From Pseudovirgaria hyperparasitica (Eukaryota), in NCBI GenBank assembly GCA_010093815.1, contig ML996575.1: a DNA stretch of 64,000 bases; one strand, given 5' to 3'. Positions 47,101 through 59,794 of the stretch are shown here, one piece after another (position 1 is the stretch's first letter; the number at the start of each line of letters is the position of its first letter). The translations under genes were made by a program, and so were the position numbers. Under the pieces are notes generated by a model. It did no database searches. It saw only the letters and a program-made list of their open reading frames with translations, and had not been told where the DNA came from.

Positions 47101-47503
47101 TGCTAACACGTTTGACAGAGTCAACGCTCATGACTACATCACAAAAATGGGCGTTCCTTCCAAAGACGAAGCCCGACCATGGCTCCTTAGTCTTAGTCGA
47201 GAAACGTAGTGCCAAGTCGAGCCCGAAATGCGAAGTATCCCCTGGGTTCTCAAGCTTGAACGTTTCTTGCTCTTCTAACGGCACTGGAGATCCATCTTTG
47301 GAAATAAGTGATTGGTTCTGTAGCACATGTTCCGGCGCATGTTGAGCTGTAGAAGCAACAATCCTATAGGCAGCCATAGAGGCAGGATGGAGAATGCAGA
47401 TTACATCAGAAATGTCTCCCTCCACCAGGCCTGAGTTGTTTCGTCCAAACCGTCGAGGGTCATCCTTCCTTTGTGTTGACACTTGCGTTTGTGAGCCGTC
47501 CAT
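44159..47503 (-). CDS. RAD53: Checkpoint kinase, FHA1-kinase-FHA2 (Rad53/Cds1/Chk2 family)
   Basis: Start MDGSQTQVSTQ (SQ/TQ cluster), FHA1 FVFGRN..VSNRHF..DTSTNGT, kinase GKGAFA..AAK..HRDIKPDN..DFG..KTFCGT..APE, and a second FHA SFGRWPEC..SRVPKKAF..GIWING. Confidence 0.88.
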   Translation of the reverse strand: MDGSQTQVSTQRKDDPRRFGRNNSGLVEGDISDVICILHPASMAAYRIVASTAQHAPEHVLQNQSLISKDGSPVPLEEQETFKLENPGDTSHFGLDLALRFSTKTKEPWSGFVFGRNAHFCDVVMSVDSVKRVSNRHFRIFVKDTGIVMLEDTSTNGTMIDDIHLKGKSKSSRGTATRMLTPGAIIHIVSTKPDEYIKFIVRLPSREGYKAEFEQNLRNYRQACRLAEVKHLGTPLPEGVDEAPYSQKVHNHNNQTAVGSVLSSNRETFGMHWNGDKKYNVVGQLGKGAFATVYLLATALDGNLVAAKELEKRRFIKNGQIDQRLDNEMRIMQDLRHPNIVQYIDYHDFDKYLYIIMEYVPHGDLQGYLAEHKVLPEYRAKQMARQILQALHYLHQRDITHRDIKPDNILIASFDPFEVKLTDFGLSKVVKDDTTFLKTFCGTLLYCAPEVFPFFKDTQSSKRRRPGGHGRKPFHSYSQSVDIWSFAAVLWFALCGQPPFKGITDTNGKGMFNQITTTDLDDTPLRQEVVSDDAIDLLHRMLDTDPSRRLTEVDCLKHPWLNDGSVILDNSSLGVIQEEEVDSDVEEGLEHTWDPASAGAEQEFSQMSLGAQHQGFDDEYEPNPLDSPEFKAMVTRPYPSKRFKSDPLFPRNQTRDLDMEDMRDDSSDSIHGPTAGDSQTLPDPQARQVDRNPRLFGEIGGSALHSSGVLNARTHQALDLRDASTSTDDSEFVDLNMSRSYDLASPTGLSLEGTDSRFRDMELIQDQAAPSLHTFSEGTNGVHSPHTPNVPPSTVTNLSGSSGKEEETPKATAQPFNRRAEIPISASSFFDPHDPSTHNVEYASRVSGIDFSQQPHAYVTSRNAAIALANVVGEAVPNNNIPITYPALPAVSNAHIQGNPMASGDETDVIDQAARDMGLDFITQTTMEMGSENPITPKDLPSSQSAPGTDSAESSSQFVRPNTRLGRLTSIDSIANITINLDSPYTSFGRWPECSVQYRPVDDSRVPKKAFEIWFHHPEIKEYLENGQDFTQLEGLHTGITTWSSQGIWINGVHLTKLDKNGRTNFGRIHTGDIITVFKNPETKMKLQFKVELFKGEGAKVRTNRREFFIQRTF

Positions 47504-49853
47504 CTGGTATGATGATCGGCTATCCACCTAACCTCCACGAGCCGCAGGAGAGATATAAGGGCACTACTGCTGGCGCCTAAAGAAGACCTTGGATAGACGA
47601 GCAAGTCTCTGGCCGTTGTGGATGTGTTATGTGAATTCGAGGACGAAAAAGACTTGTGACTGCGTCGAAGGTAAGAGCAGAAATGGAGGACAGACAAATG
47701 TGTAACTAATGTCGAGGCCGACTGCACAGTTGGAGCAGTGGTTTTGAGATATACTGAGACGTCCCACCTTGTTCAATTCGTCTCGTACAGCTCAAGCGCC
47801 AGTCCTGTATCTTCCCGGGCGTCACCGTCTACGACTCTCCGGGAGGGTCGACGTTCCACCCCCCGGGGCAATATGAACACGTCAATGGCTGTGGCTTTTG
47901 TATTGGTTCAAGCACAAGAGTTCCAGCTCTTCTCTGCGACGGGCTAAATAGTATGAGGCGGAGGGCTGAGCAGTAGGATCAGGGTCGATGACACTCGAAC
48001 TCGTCAATAAGGGCTGGGTAATTGCTATAGAGCATAGCATTCATTTCATGACCGAGATGACGCGTGGCGAACTCAGCAGCTACGTCGGCGAACACGACGG
48101 TGGTAATGTGGCAGGTCTTGCGTTTGCTCAAGTACGGAGATGTGAAGCGGACAGAGTAGATGTGCGGCGATGTGGGGTGTGAGATTTGGGTATTTGAGGT
48201 TATGACTCATAAATAGGAGTTATCTAGAAACATAAAGAAAGCATTGCAGAGTGAAGGACGCGACCTTAGAGGAGCGGGGAGCGGAATCTGTAGGCAGAGT
48301 CCGTAACTTTTGAGATGGTTGTTGCTTTGGTGATAATTAAGCTTTCTGGTTGCCTGGCGCGCAAGCCTTCAGAAACCTGAGGCATACATAATCGATAGTG
48401 ACTAGAAAGCCTATATACAGCTGAAGGGATGCTTCAGGTGTTTTGTTTGCGTATCTCGGATCCCAATGCGTGTATTTGGATACCCATATGCAATAGTTCT
48501 CATGATTAGAATCATCATGCGCGTTCGTTAGATCGTGAGTGCCCATAGCCCTTACACTGTTCCCTTTCCGGTGAATCCCTTCAACTCGCCCGCGGAGGTG
48601 ACAGCTGATTCCAAGACAGGAACATCTTCACAACTTTTTGGCATGATCACCACGCCAGCACGGCCCTCTTCGCCTTCGGCCACAGTCTTCGAGATGATCT
48701 CTTTCACCCAAGACCGGCCATCTGATTCAAACATATGAGCCAATTCAGTGTCGAGGTGCTCATAACCTTCGCTGATCTTGTGTATACCACGCGATCCAGC
48801 GGAGGAGCCGACGACTACGGACCAAGATCTTCTTCTCCACAGATTCGCATGGCCATGGATTACGGGCGGGGCATACCATATTCATTGCATGCGGGCCTCG
48901 CGATCCTTAGATGCTTGCTGACTCCCGTCTCGAGTAATGTGACCCCCAGTATTGTTTGCCTTACCTGTGGAACATTCGCCGCCGAGTTCGGGGCTACTTG
49001 CTCACTGGGGTGTGTCTTTGCACGACTGATGTTATCATTGTAGTGCGTTTCTTCTTGATTGGCTTCTTGGTGTCAAAATCCAATTTTTCACGCGTGGCAA
49101 GGCTAGAGAAAGGGTGTATTATCCCAACTCCTCTGCTTGGTGAGCGAAATGGATAGCCGCGTCAACCCTTTTTGTTCGAGGTTCATTGCCTTTCAATGCA
49201 CATGGCATGTCGCGCAAGGAACACACCATCATATAAAAGACCTGTCCAGATTGCACACTCGACACAAGTATGTACAAGTAGGCATACTATGAGGCATGTA
49301 AGGTAATCAGCGATAGTCAACGATGAGATGCATGTTCGGATATGCATGAACGTTGTAGTCAAAATTTTAGCGGATGGATTGGGCACAATAATTAGCATCT
49401 ATCATGCATGAGTAGTTGGGTTGAGTGGATATCCATAATGATATAATCTCAAAGGCCAATTGGCGAGAGTGTGCACTGCCTAGTGTTGCGGCCTCAGGAT
49501 AGCCTAAATACCTCGGGAGCTACTAATTAACCTTAAGAAGCTACCTATACACCCTTCAGCTCTGCGTAGATTCTGGAGCTTGTATTCACTACTACCTCAG
49601 AGCTTGCTTATCCGACAGGCTTGTACATTGCGCCCACCCTCACTGTTGACTTACTATACTCACTTGAAGCGTGGTCGCGCGTTGATACCTGAATCGTTCC
49701 ACTGCGCAAGCTTCGCTTGTACCGAGGCCCATCGGCTTAGGAGGACTCACGGCGCGGTATCGCGAGACTTTGACAGAGTCGAGCATATCAGCACTCCCTC
49801 ACCAACGCCGACTTACCATCGCCTCCAAAAGCATATGCCACTCCTATAACGTC

Positions 49854-52800
49854 ATGGATCTTCAGAATGGCTCCAAAGGAGTGAAAAGAAGGAGGCGGCG
49901 AAGGCTTGATCGGCCTGCCATATCTGCTCATCTGCTCCTAGATGACCGTGCGAAGGGCGAGATTGGTACCCTCTCAGAGGATCTGTTTTCTGATCTCTTC
50001 CCAGGCTATGAGCCGCTTGCTGGTAGGACTATTATTCTACGAACGACCCAGATTATGCAGACTAGTACTGACATTTACAGGGCGAGTACACTATGTCGCC
50101 ATTTGTCCATGGCTTCCACAGCCTCTCAGCTCTCCGAACGAAGCAGCTTGGACAATTCTTCCTGTAAAGCAGTCCGAAAAGTCAAGCTCGCAAGACGTAA
50201 AGCCTCACTCCACAGTTCAGTTCCCAGCTAGCTCGTTTGCTCTGCAAGCATTCATACACAATCTCAGCTCCCAATCCCCGCATAGAACCGTTAAGAGAGA
50301 TGCCCCAATTGAAATACGAATACTAGATGTCGTACCTTTGGGCCTAGATACAATATATGTCAGTTTAGATACTGATGCGCTGTGCAGGCTGGACGATGTG
50401 CACGCAAAGTTTGGAGGTGGCTTTGGCACATCGCGGCCGAATGGAGCCATCAGCGGGCCTCGCCAGAAGCATTTAAGCAATGAGAAGGGCCCAAGGAAGA
50501 GGTCACTAGAGGAAGTCTCACAGCAAGAGAAAAATTGGAAAATAGCTGTTCGAGAAGCTCTCCAGATCCCGAGGGTTGTTCATACAGGAATCCTTCTCCC
50601 TCTGCCGTTACCAGCCCATCCAATCACACACGTCCCGCCGCCACCCGCAAAGATTACCGCCTGTGAGCCAGTTTCCCAAGGCCTCATACTTCCTTCGACA
50701 AAGATAGTAGTCTTGCAGTCCCATGGGTCTTCGAGATCTAGAGCGCTTGTTCCGACCAGTCCAGTTTTGAATGGTCCAGTCGAAGAAGATGAGGACACAT
50801 CTAATGAACAGTTCTACTCTGCCGTCGAAGAGCGTGGCTCTTCCAATGGATCATCGCCTCCCGACGAAGCTGCCTCCTCGACAGATCAATTTGACTCTGA
50901 AATGTCTGGTACCGATGCAGGTGATCTCTCGGACGATCCCGAAGACATGATATCTCTAAGTGCGCCTACACTACCACCGCAATCCTCAGGAGTTCTCTCT
51001 GCCTTCACGTCGGCCACACCTAGACCCTTCGGTCTGCATACGACCGGCATACAGAGTCCAGGATCGGTCTTTTCTAGCTTTACCGCAACTACTGCTCGAG
51101 GGCCAAGCGCAAATGGGAAAGTGTTCAAGACGCAAGGTCTATTGGAACGAATTCCAGACGAGTCTTTGCATCCCAAGCCTGGTACTGAAGACGACGAAGA
51201 AGCTCGAGTTTTTGTAGATACCAACACCTTGGTCCGTCTTGGCTGTTTCTCAGGTGATTGGGTTAAACTCGAAGTTAGTGCTGAGCCTCAAAGCTTCAGC
51301 CTTGGGTCTTGGGGTCTAGGCTCATTTGGTAACGACGAAGATGAAGAAGAAGATACACTCTGGAGAGTCGCCAGAATCTACGGCTTGCCAGATATACTTG
51401 CGAAGAAGACTCAGCGATACAATCTTAAAGAGGCCGCGGATCGTCGTTCAAGTATCATCAACTTTCTACAACCAACCAGCCCTTCTCCCGTATATCTTCC
51501 TCCTACGCTCCTGACGAATCTCGGCGAGCCTAGCCATCTAAAAATTGCGTCGTTAGCGCTCAATCAGCAACAGCATGGCTTTGCTCGTGCCTCGGTGCAA
51601 AAACCGCGCCTGGGAACATCAACATTGCCACCATTTGCAAAGGAGGTCACGCTTCTGAAGCTGTTTACACCCTTGTCGAGTGAGAGACAGCTTCAACCAA
51701 GTCTCTTTGCGGCTCTGAAGCACCACTTCGAGCAAAAGCGCCGCTTGATCAAAAGCGGGGATCTAATTGGGATCGCTATTGATGAGAATCTAGGAAAAGC
51801 TATATTTCAGGGTAACAACCCTGAGGATGATGTAGAGAATGAGGAACTTCTTTCCAGACCGAAGGCAGATACGATATTGTCGGCTGACCCGGGTACGTGG
51901 TGCTCTAAGTCGGTCGCATGGTTCAAAGTTGGCGCTATATCCAGATATCAATCAGAGTCTGTCGACAATCAAGACGAAAACTGGGGTGGAGTCTTCTCGG
52001 TGGATTCAGCCAGCACGAAAATGATTCAAGCCGGAACCGAACAGGGTAAAGTACCCTCTACATTGACCGTACCATGGCAGTACTATTTCGGTGTAAGAAG
52101 ACTGCCTGCATCGCAAGGCGGACCCAAGAATAAGGGTAGAGAATTGAAGGATGCACCAAAGTCATATGTCTCAAATCTACAGCGCCGATTACGGGAGCTT
52201 ATTTCTGCTGCGACGAGCTCGAGGGCTATTCATCTAGGACTGCCACCGATCGCAATTTTGATTACATCAACTCAACGGCATATCGGCAAAGCTACAGTTG
52301 TCTCTCAAGCCTGTGACGACCTTGGACTGCACACATTTGCAATCGATGCATTTGATATCTTGACGGAAGGTGGGGCTGGAGGAGGTGGTGATTACAAGAC
52401 GGACACATTCCTCAAAACCCGTGCAGAACGGGGGCTCGCTTGCGGAGCGGAATACACAGCCTTACTAATAAAGCATGTCGAAGCCTTGAACGCCGATCGG
52501 ATGGTGTCATCGTTGAAGGAGATACTGAACGAATCACGAGTGCTGGTTGCAACAACGACCGAAGTCGACAAAGTACCAGACGGTATCCGGAGCATTTTCA
52601 CACATGAGCTGGAGATGACTGCGCCGGACGAGAATGAACGAGAGGGTATTCTGCGGAACATAGTCATGAATTCTGGTGTCCCGCTGTCCCCCGAAGTCGA
52701 ACTCTCGACGATCGCTATGAAGACTGCTGCCTTGGTCGCTGGAGATCTTGTCGACGTCGTCGACCGTGCGATTGTCGCGAAACAAAACAGAATCGAGGAT

Positions 52801-54390
52801 CTGGCACGAACAGCATCGACGGCCCTTCCTCCAAATTCTCAGACTGTGCTTCCTCGTGACATTGAGCTTTCCGGTGGCATTGCGAGTGTATCCCTTACTG
52901 CTGCAGACTTTGTGAAAGCAGTGGATGCCGCTCGTAAGAATTTTGCAGACGCGATTGGTGCTCCGAAAATTCCCAATGTGGGCTGGTCTGATGTTGGCGG
53001 TCTGACCCATGTGAAGGACGCTCTTATGGAGACGATACAGCTACCCCTAGCGCGACCGGAACTATTTGCAAAAGGAATGAAGAAGAGAAGTGGCATTCTC
53101 TTTTATGGCCCTCCAGGTACCGGCAAGACACTCCTCGCTAAAGCTATCGCAACCGAGTTTAGTCTCAATTTCTTCTCTGTTAAAGGCCCGGAGCTGTTGA
53201 ACATGTACATTGGTGAGTCTGAGGCCAATGTTCGGAGAGTGTTCCAGCGTGCGCGAGACGCCAGGCCTTGCGTCGTATTCTTTGACGAGCTCGACTCTGT
53301 TGCACCCAAACGAGGTAATCAAGGCGACAGTGGCGGTGTCATGGATCGCATTGTCAGCCAGCTTCTCGCAGAGTTGGATGGCATGAGCAATGGAGAAGAA
53401 GGCGGCGGTGGCGTCTTCGTCATTGGCGCAACCAACAGGCCTGATTTGCTTGACCAGGCACTGCTGCGGCCAGGTCGATTCGATAAAATGCTTTACCTGG
53501 GCGTCTCTGATGACCATGACAAACAGCTCACAATTCTGGAAGCACTCACGAGAAAGTAAGTACAAAGAAAAGCCTGACTGACGCAATAATGTGCTGACAT
53601 GATCTCCAGGTTCACACTGTCTCCGCAATTATCGCTTCGGAATATTGCCAACACTCTCCCGTTTACCTACACAGGAGCGGATCTGTACGCACTATGCTCC
53701 GATGCAATGCTCAAAGCGATCACTCGTCGCGCGCTCTCGGTTGATGCCAAGGTGAAGGCCCATAACTCAAAGTTAGCGCCAGGTGCATTACCCATTTCAG
53801 TCGCTTACTTCTTCGATCATCTCGCCACGGCCGAAGATACGGAAGTAATGGTAGAAGAAGTCGATTTCATGGACGCGCAAAGGGAACTAGTACCCAGTGT
53901 CAGTCAAGAGGAACTTAACCACTATGACCGTGTCCGAAAGACTTTCGAGGGTGCAGCAACGAAGAAAGACGAAGGCTCGAATCTCCGTTTACGCGAAGCT
54001 GGAAACCCTGATGATGATACAGCTAAACAGATGACCCCAGAGCAAGCAGCCGAGCAGCAGGCGCTTTCAAGGATAATGGGCCATATTGATGGCCTCGTAG
54101 ACACAGGCAAAGACGCTGGACTCTGGAAGGTGGACAAGAGTAAAATCAGAGGCAAAGGCCCGGTCATGAATCACACTGTATCTGACGGGAAACGCCTTCC
54201 TTCTCAAGGAAGCGACAAGAGTGCGAAGCCGCAATTCGATTCCACAGACGACGAGGATGAGTACATCATTCGCACAGATCATCTCAAGCGGAATGGTTCT
54301 ATCAGAGGTAAGGGGAAAGGAAAGGGAAAGATCCCCGATGCAGAGGCCTCCGGTGATGGTGGTGATGATGAAGGGCTGTACGATGACTGA
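49854..54390 (+). CDS. PEX6: Peroxisomal AAA ATPase Pex6
   Basis: D2 domain IGAPKIPNVGWSDVGGL..RSGILFYGPPGTGKT..GPELLNMYIGESEANVR..FFDELDS..DSGGVMDRIVSQLLAELD..RPGRFD, with a degenerate D1. Introns ~50023-50080 and ~53556-53609. Confidence 0.96.
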
Positions 54391-54739
54391 TTGATGCCAT
54401 GATGGGGACTGTAACATATTTGTATGGAGGTAACATTTCAAATGCCACGTTGCATAGCGAGGAGCAGATGTCGAATGGCAGACTCTACGGCCGTGTACCA
54501 ATTATCGCATCTATCAGGAGTTCCCTGACCGACGATGTGGGAGATGGGTGTCCGTGCAGCAATCAGCATACATTCAAGAACAAGCTGAATCATAATGATA
54601 CTGCATATATGGATGAAGCGCCAAGACTGGGCGACCCTGGCATTGAAAGAAGCGTAGAAGTATACTATGCATATCCGTCACTTACACTAGAACCTAACTG
54701 TTAATCTTGGCACTCGTATACGCGTGCCCTCTTCTCCCC

Positions 54740-55075
54740 ATGTTTAGTAACTTAAGCTTTTTATACCCTTGTACTTATAAGTATATAGGAATTTAATGGC
54801 TAGATGGAATAGTTATATGAGTATGGATGAATACATCTATGAGACTAATTTATCGATTGTAAGCGTCTATTGAAAGCTAGAGAGATAAACGTCCTTGGAA
54901 GAGGAGAGGGGTAATCTATGGAAAGCTATGCTAGGTTATCTCTATTTCTCTTCTCTCCTAAGTGTTAACTTTCTTTCTTATAGCTCAATCAAAAGATCTA
55001 AAGACTAGAATCGTAAGTGCCAAGAGTGAAAGGTTCTAGGCAAATGACTGATAAGAGAGGAAAGAGTTCTAGGCC
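54740..55075. mobile_element. AT/TpA-rich relic with an imperfect internal hairpin, possibly a RIP-decayed repeat
   Basis: AT-rich with no ORF. gagaggggtaatcta...taggttatctct forms an imperfect inverted repeat at ~54905-54945. Confidence 0.3.
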
Positions 55076-55332
55076 AGTTGATGAGTGACGCCAACGTAGT
55101 CAACGCCGTTCAAGCATCTCCGTGGACCTCTCTGCCGTTGCTTTCTCCGCTATCTGGAATCACCATTCCACCTATTACCATGGCTCCGACATTTCGCATC
55201 ATACAGATTTCAGTTCAATCTATCATAAACTGCTACTTATCTGCCGTTCATATCCCGCCTGTTACATCCTGACCAGCCCTAAGAGCTTACTCACTCTCAC
55301 GTTCGACCAGATCCTCTTTGATCTCCTTCATA

Positions 55333-56635
55333 ATGAGGTATGGGTATGGCTGTATAGATATATTATAACGAATACTAACTCGATTGGCCTTGGAGTGGCT
55401 CAGGAGTAGACTTCCAATCTGAGAATTTCTCGCCTTACAGAAGCGATGGCAAGCTGGTATATGCCTCGGAATGCCTCTCGATCGTTTCTTTTTTCGCTCA
55501 GTACAGCTGACAAGTCTTCCCTCTACTCTAGCTAGGCTTCGTCTGTGTCGTCACTGGCGCCACACAAGCGATTGGAAAAGCAATTGTACGGGAGTTGGCA
55601 GGTATGCGACTCTCCACACAGCTCAACGGACATTGTCATGGCTGGGAGTACGAACTAACACTGATTGATATAAGCACATGGCGCAGCATGTATCTACGCG
55701 TGCTTCTCACCCGAATCAGGCGACTCTGCTGCTGCGACTGCGTCGTCGAATGCCAAGGAGTTTCCCAATACCCGCATCATTGGATATCCGCATCACGTCA
55801 CCTCCGAAGAATCGACGCTCGGTCTTATAGACGACGTGCTCAACAGCTGGGGCCGGCTAGATGTTTGGGTAAGTCCCCCCAAAAAAGGCCGAATGCGCAG
55901 CAGCTTCGGCTTTTGACTACTGACGTTTGACAGGTCACCTCCTCCGGCATCCTGGGTCCGCCTAGCATCACCGAGACCAGTCCGGCGGATGTGATGAGGT
56001 GCTTTGAGACGAATAGCCTCGCTCCGTTTTATGCTCTGAAATGGGCTCCTGCTGCCATGTCCAAGACTACGCCTAAGGGGAGCTACGCGAATGCTGCGCC
56101 CAAGGATACGAAGTATGGTTCTATCATCGTGGTCTCCTCGGTTGCTAGCACATATGGAGGGTGCTGGGGTCCCGCGTTGTAAGTCCTTGGTTTCTTGTCG
56201 GGTGATCTGTGAGAAAGTGAATCTCATGTGTTCTCAGGACGATGTCTTCGCATGCGGCACTGGGTGTCGTGCGGTCCGGCGTCGCGGTGCTTAAGGGAAC
56301 TGGTGTGCGCATAAACGCTATCAGTCCGGGCCAGATGGACGTGGGTGTTGATCTGAAGGACTTTGATCGCCGTGGCATGGCGCACCAGTTACCGCCAAGT
56401 CGACTGCAGAATGAGGAGATTAGCAAGAATACGATCGGGCTCGAACGACCAGGTTTGCCAGAGGAGGTTGCGAGAGTCGCTGGGTTTCTGGCAAGTGGGT
56501 TTAGCAGCTATATCACCGGAGCCAATATGGTGGTTGATGGCGGCGCATCGTAAGCACTCACCATTTCGGTGTTTCGGGAGCCAGCTGACAATTGTGAATA
56601 ACCGAGTGATGAATCCGCTGACGGTTCCGGTCTGA
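55333..56635 (+). CDS. Atypical short-chain dehydrogenase/reductase (SDR) fold protein, ~7 exons
   Basis: Spliced translation ..FQSENFSPYRSDGKLLGFVCVVTGATQAIGKAIVRELAAHGA..WGRLDVWVTSSG..GSIIVVSSVAS..GVRINAISPG..GLPEEVARVAGFLASGFSSYITGANMVVDGG. Exact start and last exon uncertain. Confidence 0.8.
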
Positions 56636-58885
56636 TACTTTACTCTAGGCCTAGCATATATATCTCCGACAAAAGACTAGAACGAGATGTGCTTATTGTC
56701 AGAAGACTCGTGCATGCTTACTAGAGTAATTCCGTTGACCTAACCAGAATGGATGCACCGGAGTTAACACCTTCTCCGAGGAATATGTATCACATCCGGC
56801 GCTGACCCATCCATCCATCCATCCATCCATCCATCCATCCCTAGGGGGAATCCAGACAGGTATGTCAGCACACATGTACGACGAATACGCACACCCGGGG
56901 GTCGAAACAATCCCCCACCACGCATACATTAACCCGATCCAGCCCACTGAGCATGGCCGGGGAGCCCCCCAGTCCCCAATGCAAGGGACGCCCGTCGTTT
57001 ATCCCCGTCGATATCCCTGCCCGCACCAGGGATAAATATGTATCAAGCACTCTCAAACACGAAGAACTACCCTCTTCCCAAAGTCCATCCCGGTCTATCC
57101 GCGGAGAGCATGACGCTCCGAGGGAATTGTCCAGAAGAACGACAGAATACAGGCTCGATTGAAATTGTCTGTTTTGACTGCTGTGGAGCCAATGAGAATG
57201 CGAAATGATTGAAGGGCTGGGTGATGCAGGTTTTTATGGCTGGTAGGAGGAGTCATACCAGGGCCGAAGACTGCTGCGGGCTTTGGGCTGGATGCGCGCA
57301 ATATCGCTTGGCATTACGAGTGCATTTTGTTCGGAGTTGGTCCGAAGGTTTGTGTGGAACGGTTGAGATGTGATGGGGTAATAGTGTCGGCTTTTGCTTT
57401 TGCTGATGCGTGGTGTATAGCGGGTAGCCTGCCCTGCGCATCATGTCGGTAGATGATATTGCTAACATTGTAGAAGCGGGCGCATGTGCCACTTTTGGCG
57501 TAGGTGGTGCAAAATGGGGCAGGGGGTGTTGTCTGTTCTCTCTAGAGACTTGACTGGAACCTGGTGATGATGAGGAGGAGGAGCATTATTTGTTCCCTCT
57601 CCTCCCTCCCTCCGCCCAATTGAGGTGAGTTGGTGACTGTCCGCATGTCTTAGCGAGGTGTATAAGGATGATAACATCTACTGGCACTTAGGAGCGTAGT
57701 TGGCTGGTCAAAGTGAGAGCGGTGACTGGAGATCTCATTGACGCTTTGTTAGTAGAGTCCCGATTCTCGTTATAAAGATTTTCTCTGCCCTTCTGCGGTC
57801 CGTGAACGGTGTGGACATACTCGTTTCTGTATCATGGCGTGTTCATACTTTGGCTACTATACTGATTACTGCAGATGTCATTAGCGTACCTATATAGCAT
57901 ATGCAAAGGTGAGTGTGACAGAGGGAAACCCAGAAAGCACAACCGGGAACCTTAATATACAACCACGCGAGCAGGTATTCGATGCCCACTTGAAGTCTTA
58001 AGGGGTTGTTGCTGATAATCGAATAGCTTACGAAACACCCGCTAACCATTATAGCAGAACTGGTATAATAGAAGACCACAGGACCAGAAACCCCGAGAGA
58101 ACAAGACTGAGTGAAGAAAATCAGTGCCTGGAGACTATATATCCCATTGCACATCAGCAGATCACCATCACTGTATCCTTGTTCAATAAGTAGCAATACC
58201 AACGCGAGCTTATACGCGATTCTTGCCAACCACAATGCTCCTCGTATCGACCACACACGCTCTCTCGTACACACCGTAAGCTCGTATCACGCCAAACAAA
58301 AAACGTGATGCATTCTTCTAGCTCGGGAGAACCCAAAGTCTGCACGAGGACGCACCTAAAGAGTATAAATGAACAGAAACCCACTTCAAAAATTCCATAC
58401 CGATAACATCCATCCCACCCAATCTCGCCACAGCAAAAACATCAAGATTCCACCAATGCACAATCCCATCACAAACACAATCTCTCTATCCAATTCCAAG
58501 CCTATAGACCAGAAATCCCATAGTAGGCTATAACCCAAGTTTGCCTGACTTTTTATGTCCATGCACGCTTACATGAGATATCCAAAAACAACCCCTCTGA
58601 TATCTTTTAACACCTATTCTATTTGATCTAGATAGACTGTGTAGTTTGAGGGATCAACTTTCGGAAGGGGTTCTCAAAGTTCGTCTAGTGGATAGTACTG
58701 TGAATATCGCCGTAAGATTGAATTACCTGCCCTTCTGATCTTCTGAACGTACTACCCATCTCACCCATCCAGCCCACCGTACCCGACCGTGAAACCAGAA
58801 ACAAAAGGTGTAAGGAAGGGTAAGCACGTCACAAGAACACAAACGTGGCAAAGCCACCATCTACCCATTCACCCCTCTATTACTA

Positions 58886-58985
58886 TACCTACCCTCCATA
58901 TCTACCCTCCATACCTACCCTCCATACCTACCCTCCATACCTATCCTCCATATCTACCCTCCATACCTACCCTCCATACCTATAC
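58886..58985. repeat. 13-bp minisatellite (CCTCCATACCTAC)x~7, imperfect
   Basis: Read directly. Confidence 0.85.
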
Positions 58986-59363
58986 CTACTTTTCCTCCCC
59001 ACCCCCTTCCTCCCTCCCTCCCCTCCCCCCATTCTCATATCTATCCACTTATACATACCCACGTATACCACATCCACCCATCTCCATTGGCAAACAAGAC
59101 ATAAGTGACAAATCCCCATCATGGGTCTTGTCGTCGACTCTCTTGGCGCTCATGTTTTTTCTGTACCAGGTCATGGGGTACTTCATGTTCATGACAAAAG
59201 ATTGGAACGAGGTGTTAGGTGTGGCTGGCGCTGCACGTGTCGTGTTTGTGGTACGGCATGATATTGGTTTGGATCTTGGTTCGGTGCGTGGAGGGGTTGG
59301 TGATGATGGGGATTGTTATTGTAATGGGTGTGGTGATTGTGATTGTTGTGGTGACGGCGGATA

Positions 59364-59562
59364 TGATGGTGATGATGGTGATGATGGTGATGATGGTGAT
59401 GATGGTGATGATGGTGATGATGGTGATGATGGTGATGATGGTGATGATGGTGATGATNNNNNNNNNNATGATGGTGATGATGGTGATGATGGTGATGATG
59501 GTGATGATGGTGATGATGGTGATGATGGTGATGATGGTGATGATGGTGATGATGGTGATGAT
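59364..59562. repeat. (GATGATGGT)n repeat interrupted by a 10-N assembly gap
   Basis: Read directly. Ns at 59458-59467. Confidence 0.95.
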
Positions 59563-59794
59563 AAGCAGTAAGCACTATTTCAATTCTCCGATGCTTTCAA
59601 ACTATCATGCAACGCACTTCAACAGCGAGCGAAACAAAACTACAGTAAACAATAGAGGTATCTCAAGCCTGATCAAGTCAAGAATAATGACGAACCTACG
59701 ACAACAGACATCCATCCCAGTCCATCATCTCCGCACCTATCCACTCCAATCCATATCCCGTTCTATCCCTTGCGATGTCATTACACCCCTTTTA

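Noticed and set aside
48552..49150. Possible small spliced gene or pseudogene on the minus strand between RAD53 and PEX6
   Set aside because: A donor-like CAG|GTAAGG is present, but the frames contain stops and resemble no known protein.
54388..54400. Stop-codon readthrough or cryptic PTS1 at PEX6 and other gene ends
   Set aside because: No TGA-CTA readthrough context or downstream SKL-like tripeptide at the stops inspected.
57843..58274. 143-aa hydrophobic minus-strand ORF
   Set aside because: Non-ATG start, no motif, and the hydrophobicity is explained by T-rich composition.
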